64,000 nucleotides of DNA from an uncultured delta proteobacterium (GTDB lineage Bacteria > Desulfobacterota > BSN033 > UBA1163). Where the stretch lies: contig CAWHBU010000002.1 of the NCBI GenBank assembly GCA_963827685.1, positions 1,088,001 through 1,152,000 on the forward strand, read 5' to 3'. Position 1 is the stretch's first letter, and each line of letters opens with the position of its first letter. Positions 38,463 to 48,455 of this stretch are shown here, piece by piece. Under the pieces are notes generated by a model. It did not search any database. It had not been told where the DNA came from and worked only from the letters and a program-made list of their open reading frames with translations. The translations under genes and the position numbers were made by a program.

Positions 38463-40502
38463 CTAATCAACTTCTTTCACAACAGGGGTCGTGGGCTTCG
38501 GAACTTCCTTTTTCTCCTTCAGGCTAGCATTATAATTAAGAAGCCATGCATCGTGGTCACCGACAAACCTTCGGAGAGCCTCCATTTGAAGCGGGTACGG
38601 AGAACAGGTCAGGGGATGCTTCTCCTCCGGGTCTTGTTTTAAGTCAAAGGCCCACCAGTTATTCTTCTTTAATGAATATTGGACTTTGATAAGATGGGTA
38701 TCCAACGATGAAATGGATTCTTCATATCCGTAAAAGAAGATAGATTTTCGCATCAGTTTATGGCTGAAAAGAGAATCTCCGTCAAAGACCCCTGAGGAAT
38801 ATGGAATTCTCATGGCGTCAAGAAGGGTTGGCAGTAGATCCACATGGCTTGTAGGAAACCCAACTACCTTCGGCTTAAAAAGTGCAGGTTGATAAAGGAC
38901 GGCCGGAGTTTCCAGGTTCTCATTATAGCTGTATCGATAGTGCATAAAATTATTTGGATGGTGTTGACCAAAAGCCTGGCCGTGATCCCCTACAATCACC
39001 AGAATGGTACGCTCCAGCAGGCATTGGTCCTGCAGATGTTTGTAAATACGCTTAATCATATGGTCCAAGAGATTTAGATTATTATAATAGCGGCTGATCA
39101 AACGCCCATCGTCTTTCCGTATGCGATAATCCTCACCATAATCAAAATATGGGAAGTGGGCGGCAAAGCTGATATAGATGCCCAGAAAAGGCTCTCTCGC
39201 TTGACTCAATCTCCGAATAAAGAAATCCACCGTTTGAATTTCGTCTCTTGCGATATAATGGCCCAGAGAATGAAACTCTTCCTTTATTTTAAATTTCAGA
39301 TTTTCATAGCTATGAATTTCTCTCAGTCCGCTATTTTTTACAAACTTCGTTGGAAAATACCAGGATATGGAAGAAGGGGTCACTAAAAAACTATCGTAGC
39401 CCTCACCCAGCCAATTATGAATGGCAGGGACTTCAGCATCCGGACGTGTGCCGAATGTCCCTCTGTTAAAAAAATCGTAAAGTCCACTGAATATTGAAAA
39501 TACTGCCTTGGTACTGACATTCGATGTCGTATAGTGTCTTTTTAAAAACCAGGCTTCTTTTGAAATTTCATAAAGAAATGGCATGGGCATTGGACTGCCA
39601 TTGCCGGTATCAAAAACGTATCGAGTCCCCACCGACTCCATGATAAAAAAAACAAGATTCCACGGTTGATTACTTTTGGCCGGAAGAAATTTCTCTGGCT
39701 CCAACGGATGATTTTCCATGGAACGAGAGAGCGGGATACCCGATCTATCTCCCTTGATAACGTTTATATTTGGATCTTTGGCAGATTGTGTAACGAACAC
39801 ATTTTCAGCCAAGTCGGAAAGGAGAAAAAGTGCTGGATTTAAGCGTATCTCGTCAGGAACATTTTGGGTTTTGTGATTGGCTACTAACAAAGAAAGCGAT
39901 AATAGAAAGATGACCAATACAATAGAAACCCTTGCCATCCAAGCCCTTAAACCAACCGGTAGCAGGAGAACCAGCCAAAAAAGTCCAAAAGGAAGAAGAA
40001 GAAATAGATAATCTCTTATTTCAACGAGCTTAAGAGTTTCGACGAGCGAAATGCCTGAAAATGTCTCCTTGATCACAGCAGTGTCGAACCCTGTCTGAAC
40101 ATCAAAGAGCAGGCGACCATGAACCCCGTGAACGAGAAGCACAATCATTAAAACAATATGTGAGAAGACAAGTCCTGAAATTCTTAAAATTGGAAATGTT
40201 TTACCTTGTTTGATGAAATATGCCATTCGGGACACAAGCCAAGAGAGCACGAAACAGACAAAGACTAAGGCAAGGTCATAGGGCAAATAAGCAAGGGTAA
40301 ACCACACCGGATGTTGTGCCGGATTAAAATCAAAGGGTCTGACCGTATTCGTAAACAGACCGATCGTGAGTTGAATCCGGTAAACGAACACAATCGCTAA
40401 CAGACAAATAAAAAGAGCAAAGGATGACTTGCTGGAAGAGAAAATGTTTGTGACCAAATCGGAGCACTTCCTTAGTAGGGCTTTCACTTCTATTTTGACC
40501 AT
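38463..40502 (-). CDS. LTA synthase/sulfatase-family membrane protein
   Basis: Five TMs, then NLVFFIMES, HFPY, VGDHG, SHVDLLPTLL. Confidence 0.87.
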   Translation of the reverse strand: MVKIEVKALLRKCSDLVTNIFSSSKSSFALFICLLAIVFVYRIQLTIGLFTNTVRPFDFNPAQHPVWFTLAYLPYDLALVFVCFVLSWLVSRMAYFIKQGKTFPILRISGLVFSHIVLMIVLLVHGVHGRLLFDVQTGFDTAVIKETFSGISLVETLKLVEIRDYLFLLLPFGLFWLVLLLPVGLRAWMARVSIVLVIFLLSLSLLVANHKTQNVPDEIRLNPALFLLSDLAENVFVTQSAKDPNINVIKGDRSGIPLSRSMENHPLEPEKFLPAKSNQPWNLVFFIMESVGTRYVFDTGNGSPMPMPFLYEISKEAWFLKRHYTTSNVSTKAVFSIFSGLYDFFNRGTFGTRPDAEVPAIHNWLGEGYDSFLVTPSSISWYFPTKFVKNSGLREIHSYENLKFKIKEEFHSLGHYIARDEIQTVDFFIRRLSQAREPFLGIYISFAAHFPYFDYGEDYRIRKDDGRLISRYYNNLNLLDHMIKRIYKHLQDQCLLERTILVIVGDHGQAFGQHHPNNFMHYRYSYNENLETPAVLYQPALFKPKVVGFPTSHVDLLPTLLDAMRIPYSSGVFDGDSLFSHKLMRKSIFFYGYEESISSLDTHLIKVQYSLKKNNWWAFDLKQDPEEKHPLTCSPYPLQMEALRRFVGDHDAWLLNYNASLKEKKEVPKPTTPVVKEVD

Positions 40503-40543
40503 GGCAAGAATTTTGAGTGCTGATTTTCAGTCTATGGGGTCGA

Positions 40544-40830
40544 TCAGGAGCTGTCCCTAGACTCGTTGAGAACAATTGTTTGCCTCCGGATCACATGTTG
40601 AAGTTGTCTCCGATCCGTATCCACATCCAAAGCGGTCTTTGAAATATTCCCTTTATTCCTTTTGAGGGCTTCTCTCAAAAGGCCCTGTTCACTCCATTCT
40701 CGGCCTTTCGCTTCAATTGCCATTTCTTTCCCAACTCTTCGCCGCCTCTGGGGACTGGAAACATTGGCTCTCCCCCCTTCCCCTCTCACTTCAGCTGGAA
40801 AATCTTCCACTTCAATCCGATTGGATCGAC
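40544..40830 (-). pseudogene. C-terminal Fis-type HTH relic of a sigma54 activator
   Basis: IEVEDFPAE...LLREALKRNKGNISKTA; no AAA+ domain. Confidence 0.6.
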
Positions 40831-40985
40831 CCAAGAGAGGAAGGTTTGTTGATGATGATAAACAAAATAGCTTCAAAGGTCAATCCTGCTTTGAAAAGAG
40901 CCGCCCCCGGGTTATCTATTGAAATCCGGCTTAAAATAATCTATGTTGATACCATTCGATTTGCCTTTCTTATATTTGATATTCC

Positions 40986-41915
40986 ATGAAAAAAACCCGC
41001 TCTAAGAAGATAAAATATTGGTTCGGGGACTTCTTGGGCGATCTCTTATTGGCCTTCTCCATCCCGACATTTCGTGTCGTTCCCTTAAGAATCGTAGTCT
41101 TCCTTGCAAGGATTTCAGGGATGATAGCTTTCTATCTGGTCAAAACATACAGGGATAGAGTTCTTAGTAATCTCTCCCTGGCCTTTGAAGGAGAAAAAGA
41201 TCTTAGTGAGATTACGAGGCTCGCCAAGGAGGTCTTCTTCAACTTTACACTCACGCCTTTCGAAACCATCTTTACGGCTGCCGCTCCTTCCGGCCAATTC
41301 ATCAAGAAAATCAAAATAACAGGTCGCGAATATCTGGATGCCGCATTGGCAAGGGGGAATGGAGTCATCGCCCTGGGTAGCCATTTGGGTGCCTTTACAA
41401 TATTGGGAACGAGGCTTGCCATAGAGGGCTATCCATTTAATGTCATCATCAATGAGGGTAATTTCAAAAGGGTGATGGGGAGGTTAGGAGACTATCAAAG
41501 AAGGTGGGGCCAGAAGCCCTTCTCCCCAAAACCTGCCACAACGTCCATCAAGAGATCTCTGAACTGTCTCCGTCGAAATGAGATCCTCTATCTTATCGCT
41601 GATGAACAACAGATTCGTGGAGGACTTCCTGTCCCATTCTTTGGCAAAACAGCTTATACCCCTCCTGGACCAGCTATCTTCTCTTTAAAGACAGGTGCTC
41701 CGATCTTGCCCATGTTCGTCGTGAGGGAAAAAGGGATCCCGCAGACCCTATTTATCGGAAGTCCCATCGAAATAGAACGGACATCCGATGAAAAGAAGAA
41801 TACAGAATTGCTGACCGCTAAATTTACAAAGGCCATCGAGGATTCCATCAGAGAATATCCCAGCCAATGGCCATGGCTGAATCGTCGCTGGAAATTGCCT
41901 TATCAAAGTCCCTGA
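40986..41915 (+). CDS. Lipid A late acyltransferase (LpxL/HtrB family)
   Basis: GNGVIALGSHLG, IADE, VPFFG, YPSQWPWLNRRWK motifs. Confidence 0.9.
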   Translation: MKKTRSKKIKYWFGDFLGDLLLAFSIPTFRVVPLRIVVFLARISGMIAFYLVKTYRDRVLSNLSLAFEGEKDLSEITRLAKEVFFNFTLTPFETIFTAAAPSGQFIKKIKITGREYLDAALARGNGVIALGSHLGAFTILGTRLAIEGYPFNVIINEGNFKRVMGRLGDYQRRWGQKPFSPKPATTSIKRSLNCLRRNEILYLIADEQQIRGGLPVPFFGKTAYTPPGPAIFSLKTGAPILPMFVVREKGIPQTLFIGSPIEIERTSDEKKNTELLTAKFTKAIEDSIREYPSQWPWLNRRWKLPYQSP

Positions 41916-41943
41916 AAATAGTTAAAGGCTGTTTCTGAGACTT

Positions 41944-42040
41944 TTGATTACACAGATTATTTAAGATTACACAGATTGAAAATGCATTGAAAAAAGAGAA
42001 ATCTCTTTAATCATTTTTGAAATCTGTGTAATCAGAGATC
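41944..42040. repeat. GATTACACAGATT inverted repeat cluster
   Basis: Two GATTACACAGATT units face AATCTGTGTAATC; second cluster at 47388-47487. Confidence 0.75.
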
Positions 42041-42088
42041 TCTGACAAAGATTTAATGAGTTCTCAGAGATCTCTCAAAAAGGCTCCC

Positions 42089-42117
42089 TTGACATGGGAA
42101 ACCAAGGGGTATAATAT
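42089..42117 (+). promoter_or_regulatory. sigma70 promoter of gmhA
   Basis: TTGACA (42089-42094) and TATAAT/TAATAT (42110-42117), about 10 bp before the ATG. Confidence 0.6.
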
Positions 42118-42126
42118 TTTGGTTCA

Positions 42127-42708
42127 ATGGAAAATATCATTCTGAAGCGATTTAAAGAAAGTTCCGAAGTCAAAACTCGTTTTCTCAAAGAAAACCTTCC
42201 TAAACTTCTCGATGTGATCAAATTGATCTCCCATACCTTCGAAGCAGGGAACAAACTCTTTTTCTTCGGAAATGGAGGAAGCGCCGCCGACGCCCAACAC
42301 CTGGCTGCGGAATTTGTCAATCGATATGTCATCGACCGTCCACCTCTGCCTGCTATCGCCCTCACCACGGATACCTCCATTCTGACCAGTATCTCCAATG
42401 ACTTTGCTTTTAACGAAATCTTTGCAAAACAACTCAGGGCCCTGGGCAAGGAAAGGGATGTCGCCATCGGCATCACCACGAGCGGAAACTCCCCGAATGT
42501 CATCAAGGCTTTTGAAATGGCTAAAGAGATGGGGATGAAAACGGTTGCCCTCACCGGAAATGATGGGGGGATCATCGCAAAAATGGTTGATTTCCCTCTT
42601 GTCGTTCCCTCCGCCAGCACCCCCCGCATCCAGGAGGCCCACATTCTCATTGGACACATCCTATGTGAAATGGTGGAACACTACCTCTTCTTCAAGGTGA
42701 ACCCGTAA
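42127..42708 (+). CDS. gmhA: D-sedoheptulose 7-phosphate isomerase
   Basis: GNGGSAADAQH, NDF, TTSGNS, RIQEAH motifs. Confidence 0.96.
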   Translation: MENIILKRFKESSEVKTRFLKENLPKLLDVIKLISHTFEAGNKLFFFGNGGSAADAQHLAAEFVNRYVIDRPPLPAIALTTDTSILTSISNDFAFNEIFAKQLRALGKERDVAIGITTSGNSPNVIKAFEMAKEMGMKTVALTGNDGGIIAKMVDFPLVVPSASTPRIQEAHILIGHILCEMVEHYLFFKVNP

Positions 42709-42870
42709 AACGAAGCTATTTCAGATTGCAGATTGGAGAATCTGAAATCTGAAATTTCGTAACCGTTTAACCACTTTAAAATCCCTCCTAACCTCCCTTT
42801 CATGAAGGGAGGCCTTGGGGTTTTCCCCTTTAAAAAGGGGGATATCGGTGTCATTCATTTTATTTGAACG

Positions 42871-43887
42871 ATGGACATCAAGTTTGAGCGATATCATCTC
42901 CAATCGGATCTCCGTTCTCCTCTCGAGGGATTTGAAACGATTTCAGTCCCAACCGAGGTCCGGATCGATCCCTTGACGAAACGGCGGAGTCGCATCATCA
43001 CCTGGGGCCTTCCCTCTCAGGGGAAATGGGATTTATCTAAGATGGGCGACGAGTCAAAGGGATGCTTCTTCTGCCCTGAGGATGTTTTTCAAAAGACTCC
43101 TCAGTTTATAAAAGAAATCATCCCGGAAGGAAGGATTTGTATCGGAAGGGCAGTCGGTTTTCCGGACCTCAATCCAGTCGGATCTTACGGAAGTGTCGTC
43201 GTCCTCTGTCGTGAGCATTTCCTCAATCTTAACCAATTGACGTCTGAAATTTACGAAGAGGGCCTTTCGGTTGCCATCGAGATCATTCGAAGAACAATGG
43301 CTTTTGATCCGGATACCCGCTACTGGCAAATCAGCCAAAATTTCCTTCTTCCTGGAGGAAGCACCATCCTCCATCCTCATCTTCAGGTCATTGGGGATCC
43401 CATCCCGACGAACGAGATGGAATGGTTATTAGATGCCAGTTCCTCCTACTACCAAAGGAATGGAACCTTTTACTGGAGCGATCTTATCCAGATTGAAAAG
43501 GAACTTGCAAAACGATATATCACCCCTATCGGGAAAGTCCACTGGTTCGTCTCTTTTGCCCCTGTCGGATTTAACGAAGTGTGTGGAAGTGTGGAAGGAC
43601 ATGAATCCGTAACCACTCTTGGTAAAGAAGAGATTGCCTCTCTGGCCAACGGGATCGTCTCCACCTTAAAGTATTATAACGAGAAAGGCCTCAATAGCTT
43701 CAATTTTTCTATCTACTCCATTTCCGGCGAAGTCCATTACCGACTTCTCACCCGAATCATCTCCAGAACCCCTCTCCAACCGTTTTACCTGAATGACTGG
43801 ACCTCCTTCGAGGTTCTTCACTCTGAATTGACAGCAAACATCATCCCTGAGGAACTCTGTCGTGAAATCCGACCCTACTTCGCTTAA
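42871..43887 (+). CDS. Galactose-1-phosphate uridylyltransferase-like (HIT/GalT) protein
   Basis: RIDPLT, CFFCP, GGSTILHPHLQ motifs. Confidence 0.85.
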   Translation: MDIKFERYHLQSDLRSPLEGFETISVPTEVRIDPLTKRRSRIITWGLPSQGKWDLSKMGDESKGCFFCPEDVFQKTPQFIKEIIPEGRICIGRAVGFPDLNPVGSYGSVVVLCREHFLNLNQLTSEIYEEGLSVAIEIIRRTMAFDPDTRYWQISQNFLLPGGSTILHPHLQVIGDPIPTNEMEWLLDASSSYYQRNGTFYWSDLIQIEKELAKRYITPIGKVHWFVSFAPVGFNEVCGSVEGHESVTTLGKEEIASLANGIVSTLKYYNEKGLNSFNFSIYSISGEVHYRLLTRIISRTPLQPFYLNDWTSFEVLHSELTANIIPEELCREIRPYFA

Positions 43888-44806
43888 GAGGGTGGCCTCC
43901 ATTGACGTCGGGACCAACACGATCCTTCTCCTCATCGCAGAGGTGGAGGAAGAGAACATAAGCCCTCTTTTTGAAATGGAGACTGTTGTTGGATTGGGTC
44001 AGAGAGTTCAAAGAAATGGAATTCTTATAAAAGAGGCAATGGATAGAGGCATTCAAACATTATCTCAATATTTAGAACGATGTCAGGCGATGGAGGTCAA
44101 AAAAATCTTTGCAGTGGGGACGAGCGCACTCCGGGAAGCCAAAAACGCTGACGATTTCATAAGATTGGTCAAGGAAAAACTCAATCTCTCCATTGAAGTC
44201 ATCTCCGGAGAAGAAGAAGCGCGACTCTCTTTTTTGGCTGTGGCAAAGGATCTTAGGGAGGTAAAAGAGCCTATCCTTGTGGTGGATGTAGGGGGAGGAA
44301 GCACAGAGTTCATCCTGGGCAGAGGCAATCAGATCGGTCAATGGATAAGCCTTCCACTGGGATCAGTTCGTTTCACAGAACAGTTTCTCCACTCAGATCC
44401 TGTTCAAGAAGAAGAATGGCAGAAGATGGAGAGAAAAATCCTGGAATTACTTGTCAACATTCCTCACTCACAAGAACCGCTATCCATGGTAGCGGTGGGA
44501 GGGACGGCAACGACTCTCGCATCTGTTGACCAGCGTTTGGAAGAATTCATCGCTGAAAAAATCCATCATTTTGTCTTAAAAAAAGAAGCCCTGAAAAATC
44601 AGCTTCTCCTCTACCGATCCAAAACCATTGATGAGCGAAGGAAAATACCTGGCCTTCCCGTCGCCAGGGCAGATGTCATCTTGGCCGGAGGAGCCATTCT
44701 TTATCTGGCGATGGAGCAGCTTAAATGTTCCTCTGTCTTAATCAGTTGCCAGGGGCTGAGATACGGTCTCCTTTATAAAAGGCTCAATCCAAATTTCAGA
44801 TGTTAG
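43862..44806 (+). CDS. ppx: Ppx/GppA phosphatase
   Basis: ASIDVGTNT, TSALREAKN, ISGEEEA, DVGGGSTE, RADVI, GLRYG motifs. Confidence 0.93.
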   Translation: MKSDPTSLKRVASIDVGTNTILLLIAEVEEENISPLFEMETVVGLGQRVQRNGILIKEAMDRGIQTLSQYLERCQAMEVKKIFAVGTSALREAKNADDFIRLVKEKLNLSIEVISGEEEARLSFLAVAKDLREVKEPILVVDVGGGSTEFILGRGNQIGQWISLPLGSVRFTEQFLHSDPVQEEEWQKMERKILELLVNIPHSQEPLSMVAVGGTATTLASVDQRLEEFIAEKIHHFVLKKEALKNQLLLYRSKTIDERRKIPGLPVARADVILAGGAILYLAMEQLKCSSVLISCQGLRYGLLYKRLNPNFRC

Positions 44807-44887
44807 ACTTCAGATTTCAGATTGAAAAATTCAGAATCGGAAATCGAAAAGGGCTTTTAGCCTGCTTTGGAAACCAGCTGTTTCAGA

Positions 44888-45211
44888 ACTAAACTACCCT
44901 CGCCTTCAAGGCGAGGGGTTTGAAATAACAGGTCGACTTGAAGTCGACTTTGCCCGTTCTCCTTCTTTCGTCCGTCATTCCTGCGCAAGCAGGAATCCCG
45001 TTCTTATTGGTTCCCTGCCTTCGCAGTGGCAGCGTCCTGGATTCCCGTTTTCACGGGAATGACAACGGTGATGCTATATTGTTCAGAGGCTCATGGTCGG
45101 CTTCATCTCAATCCCATGAAGAATATGTCACCAAGGGTGGCCGACCATTTCGCAAAATCTTTACTTCGCCTGAAGGCGAGGGGTTTCCACCATCCCCGAT
45201 GGTGACACTAA
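44888..45211 (+). mobile_element. Non-autonomous IS200/605-like element with a nested palindrome
   Basis: CCCTCGCC-TTCAA-GGCGAGGG and CTTCGCC-TGAA-GGCGAGGGG hairpins at the ends; nested GTCATTCC...GGAATGAC at 44974-45063; no transposase. Confidence 0.55.
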
Positions 45212-45283
45212 GTAATCAGTATGCAGCATGCAGTAAGCAGTTATTTTTTACTGCTTTCTGAATGCTGCCAACTGCTTTCTCTT

Positions 45284-45652
45284 TTACCTCAGATAATGAT
45301 AAAGCATATCCACTCGACCATGTTTCACCATATACATCCCAGAAAATTTCATGACCTCGCGAATCTTTGATCTATAATCACCATGATAACATTGGGTCTC
45401 ACATTTCTTGCACATGGGCTTGGGATCATGAGGGCACTTCAGCCTCATCGTCAAACCGTAATTGAGAAGCCTTGTGCAATCCGAGCAAAGCGAGATCTCC
45501 TTCTTTTCGATCTCTTTGATATCGAAAAGTTTGAATGAAAAAAGAGCCTTCTCTTCATTATGATTCTTTCTACAGTAGATTCCTACAAATTTCATTAAAG
45601 TCCGAATATCATCCTTCTCTTTCTCGGAGAACCCAACTTTCTTAAAACTCAT
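45284..45652 (-). CDS. YgbA-like (nitrous oxide-stimulated promoter family) protein
   Basis: IYCRKNH, LCSDC, CPHDPKPMCKKCETQCY, IREVMKFSG motifs. Confidence 0.88.
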   Translation of the reverse strand: MSFKKVGFSEKEKDDIRTLMKFVGIYCRKNHNEEKALFSFKLFDIKEIEKKEISLCSDCTRLLNYGLTMRLKCPHDPKPMCKKCETQCYHGDYRSKIREVMKFSGMYMVKHGRVDMLYHYLR

Positions 45653-45706
45653 CTTACCCGCCTCCGTTATTCATCCAATAACTATAGTGAACGCCTTAAT
45701 AAAGTG

Positions 45707-45790
45707 GTCATTGCGAGGAGCGAAGCGACGTGCCTGCGCGCTGAAGCGCTACGGCGCGCAGGCACGCACCTTTCAGGTGCTCGCAATGAC
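45707..45790. repeat. GTCATTGCGAG palindromic element with nested 13-bp stem
   Basis: GTCATTGCGAG...CTCGCAATGAC; inner CGTGCCTGCGCGC/GCGCGCAGGCACG. Confidence 0.8.
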
Positions 45791-45826
45791 CAATTGAGAA
45801 AGGGCTTCCCTTTTCTAAATCGGAAT

Positions 45827-45840
45827 TTGAGTTAGATCAA
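45827..45840. promoter_or_regulatory. FNR/Dnr-type box upstream of the ygbA-like gene
   Basis: TTGAG-TTAG-ATCAA versus consensus TTGAT-N4-ATCAA (one mismatch). Confidence 0.5.
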
Positions 45841-45934
45841 AAAATTTTCATAACAAATCAAGTTAACATGGAGTTCCTGGAAATAGCCTGTGAAAAACTC
45901 GAGGTTGAGGGAAAGGAAAGTTGCCTTATAGGAT

Positions 45935-47275
45935 CTATCTCCCGAGAAATAACCATCCTCCATCGAAATATCTTTTAGACATTAGGAAAGCCTGGACGAA
46001 TTGTGAGATATTCATAGCCCACCAGACCGAAGCCGGTCCGAACCCAAAGAGCACAACAAAGATATAGCTCAATGGGATTCTTACAAGCCATACACTCAGA
46101 GCAACCCGTATCATTACGCTTCGCGTATCCCCCGCTCCGTTCAGACCTCCACCCAGGATAATGCCCCAGGCCATAAATGGCTCACTGATCATGCTGATGT
46201 AAATGTATTTGGTGCTCTCCCTGATCACAATCTCATTGTTCGACAAGAACGAGGCGATCCATCGAGCATTCAAAATCACCGCAATAACCATGATCGTAAC
46301 AATTAGGACGCCAATCGCAGCGGTGATGAATCCGCTCCGAAAGGCATCTTCTTCTCTCTTTTCGCCCAGCATATTCCCAACGATCACCGCATTCGCCATG
46401 TTGAATCCGAAGACCGGAAGGTAGATGACAGATTCGATTCTGAGGCCAGTCGTCAGGGCGGCGAGAATTTCAATCCGGTGTTCAGGCAAAGCGCTCAATA
46501 TTAAGAAAAGAACCATTGAAGAGAGCTGCCACAACACCTGAAGCATGCCAATGGGCCAACCAATGGTGATCATTCTTTTTACCGGCTCGAGCGAAAATTT
46601 CTTCATCCCGTTCATCGAGCTTCTTACCTTCCACAGATTGACCATGCTCCCGATGAAGACACTCGAGGCAGTAGCTACAGCAATTCCTATAAATCCCAGT
46701 GGCGTATGAAAGACCAGAAAGAAGTTGAGACCGATGTTGAGCACACATACGAGAGCTTGGGTTTTCAAAGAATCTTTCACCCTCGCACACGACCTCAAAA
46801 TACCGTTGCAGTTGATGAGGAGGTAGTGGAAGAGTAAACCAGTCGCATAGATCTTAATAAAAGGAATACAATACGGTTTGAGCGGCTCGGGAATATTTAG
46901 AACATGAATGATCTGCGGACTGAATAGAAAGCCTGCGCCTGCAAGGAATATTCCCGCACCGGCTGCTCCGACGAGAGAAGAGAAAATGCTTTCGTTTAGT
47001 TCGGTTTTATCTCCGGAAGTGTGTAATCTGGAAACCACAGAGACTGTGCCGACGGTGAGGGCGTTGGCGATCACAATGAGAATGAAATAGAGTTGAATGA
47101 CAAAGCCATAGGCTGCTTGAATCTCCTTGCTCACTTTGCCCGCAATATAGACATCTGTAAGGCCGATGAAGAATTCAAAAACCATGATCAGCGTCAGTGG
47201 CCAGCTCAATGACCAGCTACGAGATAGGTACGATCTCATGTCTTCTCTTTTGAGGTATTCAAAAACCCTGACCAT
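45935..47275 (-). CDS. MATE-family efflux transporter
   Basis: About 12 TMs; LSWP, D...AG, NGILRS, GAGDTR motifs. Confidence 0.92.
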   Translation of the reverse strand: MVRVFEYLKREDMRSYLSRSWSLSWPLTLIMVFEFFIGLTDVYIAGKVSKEIQAAYGFVIQLYFILIVIANALTVGTVSVVSRLHTSGDKTELNESIFSSLVGAAGAGIFLAGAGFLFSPQIIHVLNIPEPLKPYCIPFIKIYATGLLFHYLLINCNGILRSCARVKDSLKTQALVCVLNIGLNFFLVFHTPLGFIGIAVATASSVFIGSMVNLWKVRSSMNGMKKFSLEPVKRMITIGWPIGMLQVLWQLSSMVLFLILSALPEHRIEILAALTTGLRIESVIYLPVFGFNMANAVIVGNMLGEKREEDAFRSGFITAAIGVLIVTIMVIAVILNARWIASFLSNNEIVIRESTKYIYISMISEPFMAWGIILGGGLNGAGDTRSVMIRVALSVWLVRIPLSYIFVVLFGFGPASVWWAMNISQFVQAFLMSKRYFDGGWLFLGR

Positions 47276-47387
47276 TTTCTTCCTCAGACACGCCAGAAAT
47301 CAGTTGAGCTATATTAGGAGGTTAGTTGAGGATAGAGATTTTGTCAAACGAAAATAGGGAGAGCTCTGAAAAATGATTCTACGCTCT

Positions 47388-47487
47388 CTTGATTGCACAG
47401 ATTTAAAAGAATGATTACACAGATTCTCTTTATATCCAATGCATTTCATATCTGTGTAATCGTTTCCTAATCTGTGTAATCAGAGAT
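47388..47487. repeat. GATTACACAGATT inverted repeat cluster, copy 2
   Basis: Two forward units and two ATCTGTGTAATC units. Confidence 0.75.
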
Positions 47488-47666
47488 TTCTGGATTTTTT
47501 CAGAAATCTCGTAGGGATGCTGTCTGTATTTTAAAGAGAGGACCGATTGGTTGGTCACGTTAGGGTGGTTTGCGATGACCTTCGAAAAAACAGAGGAGAT
47601 TGATGTCAAATCCCTTTGATTGTCGGCGGAGAGCCCTTGGCCATAGACGCTGCAATTATTTTGAAA

Positions 47667-48359
47667 TCAGATTTTCATTCCTGAAGCCATCTCTTCCAAA
47701 AGCTCTCGATTGAGGATCAGTATTTTATTTTTATTCACATCGATGACCCCCTTGGCTTTCATCTTTGATAAGGTCCTTGAAAAAGTCTCACTGATGGTAC
47801 CCAATTTTGAAGCCAGTTGGGTTTTACTCAAATCCAAATCAACCTCCTTGGGGTTCTTCCCATCTTTGGCTGATCTCAAAGAGAGATCAATCAGATATTT
47901 TGCAACTCTCGAGGAAACTTCTTTGAGAGAGAGTTCTTCGATGAGGGAGGCAAATTTTCTTAAAAAGTGAGAAAGGGAGACGATCATGTTGATGCTAAGT
48001 TGGGGATTCCTCTCGATCAATTGGATAAAATTCCTTTTCGGAAAGAAGAGAAGTTGACTATCCGCTAAGGCTTCTGCAAAGGCCGGATAACTCCCTTCGA
48101 GAAAGAGAGCTGCTTCTGCAAAGGCATCCGGTGCGGAGACCACATGAAGAATCTGTTCCTTGCCCTCCGGCGAAATCTTATAGAGCTTTACCTTGCCTGA
48201 AAGGATGACATAAAAACCCTTCGCCTCTTCCCCATCGGAAAAGAGAACTTCCTTTTTCCCAACCTGCTTGAGTAAGGCAATGCTCCGAATCCTTTTCAGG
48301 TCTTCTTCTTTCAACCCAGCAAAAAGAGGACACTGCTTTAATAGTTCAGTCGACATCAT
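47667..48359 (-). CDS. Crp/Fnr-family regulator (HcpR/Dnr-like)
   Basis: LSGKVKLYKISPEGKEQIL, FAEAA, LASKLGTISETFSR; no FNR Cys cluster. Confidence 0.92.
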   Translation of the reverse strand: MMSTELLKQCPLFAGLKEEDLKRIRSIALLKQVGKKEVLFSDGEEAKGFYVILSGKVKLYKISPEGKEQILHVVSAPDAFAEAALFLEGSYPAFAEALADSQLLFFPKRNFIQLIERNPQLSINMIVSLSHFLRKFASLIEELSLKEVSSRVAKYLIDLSLRSAKDGKNPKEVDLDLSKTQLASKLGTISETFSRTLSKMKAKGVIDVNKNKILILNRELLEEMASGMKI

Positions 48360-48455
48360 TTATTCCTCAAGCTTCAAATGCCAAAATCCCTGCCCGCGCC
48401 CGCCTGCGGAAGGCAGGCAAATGTGAAGCGAAACCTTCCATTCGCAAGACGAAAA

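Noticed and set aside
41944-42040. GATTACACAGATT repeats as a mini-CRISPR
   Set aside because: Units are 13 bp, partly inverted and lack unique spacers; no cas genes are present.
42075-42659. Two long antisense ORFs over gmhA (likewise 36597-37385, 52391-53143, 63068-63619)
   Set aside because: Antisense shadows of well-supported genes.
44938-45261. 107-aa ORF
   Set aside because: Translation through palindromic repeats (VIPAQAGI is typical of such repeats); not a credible gene.
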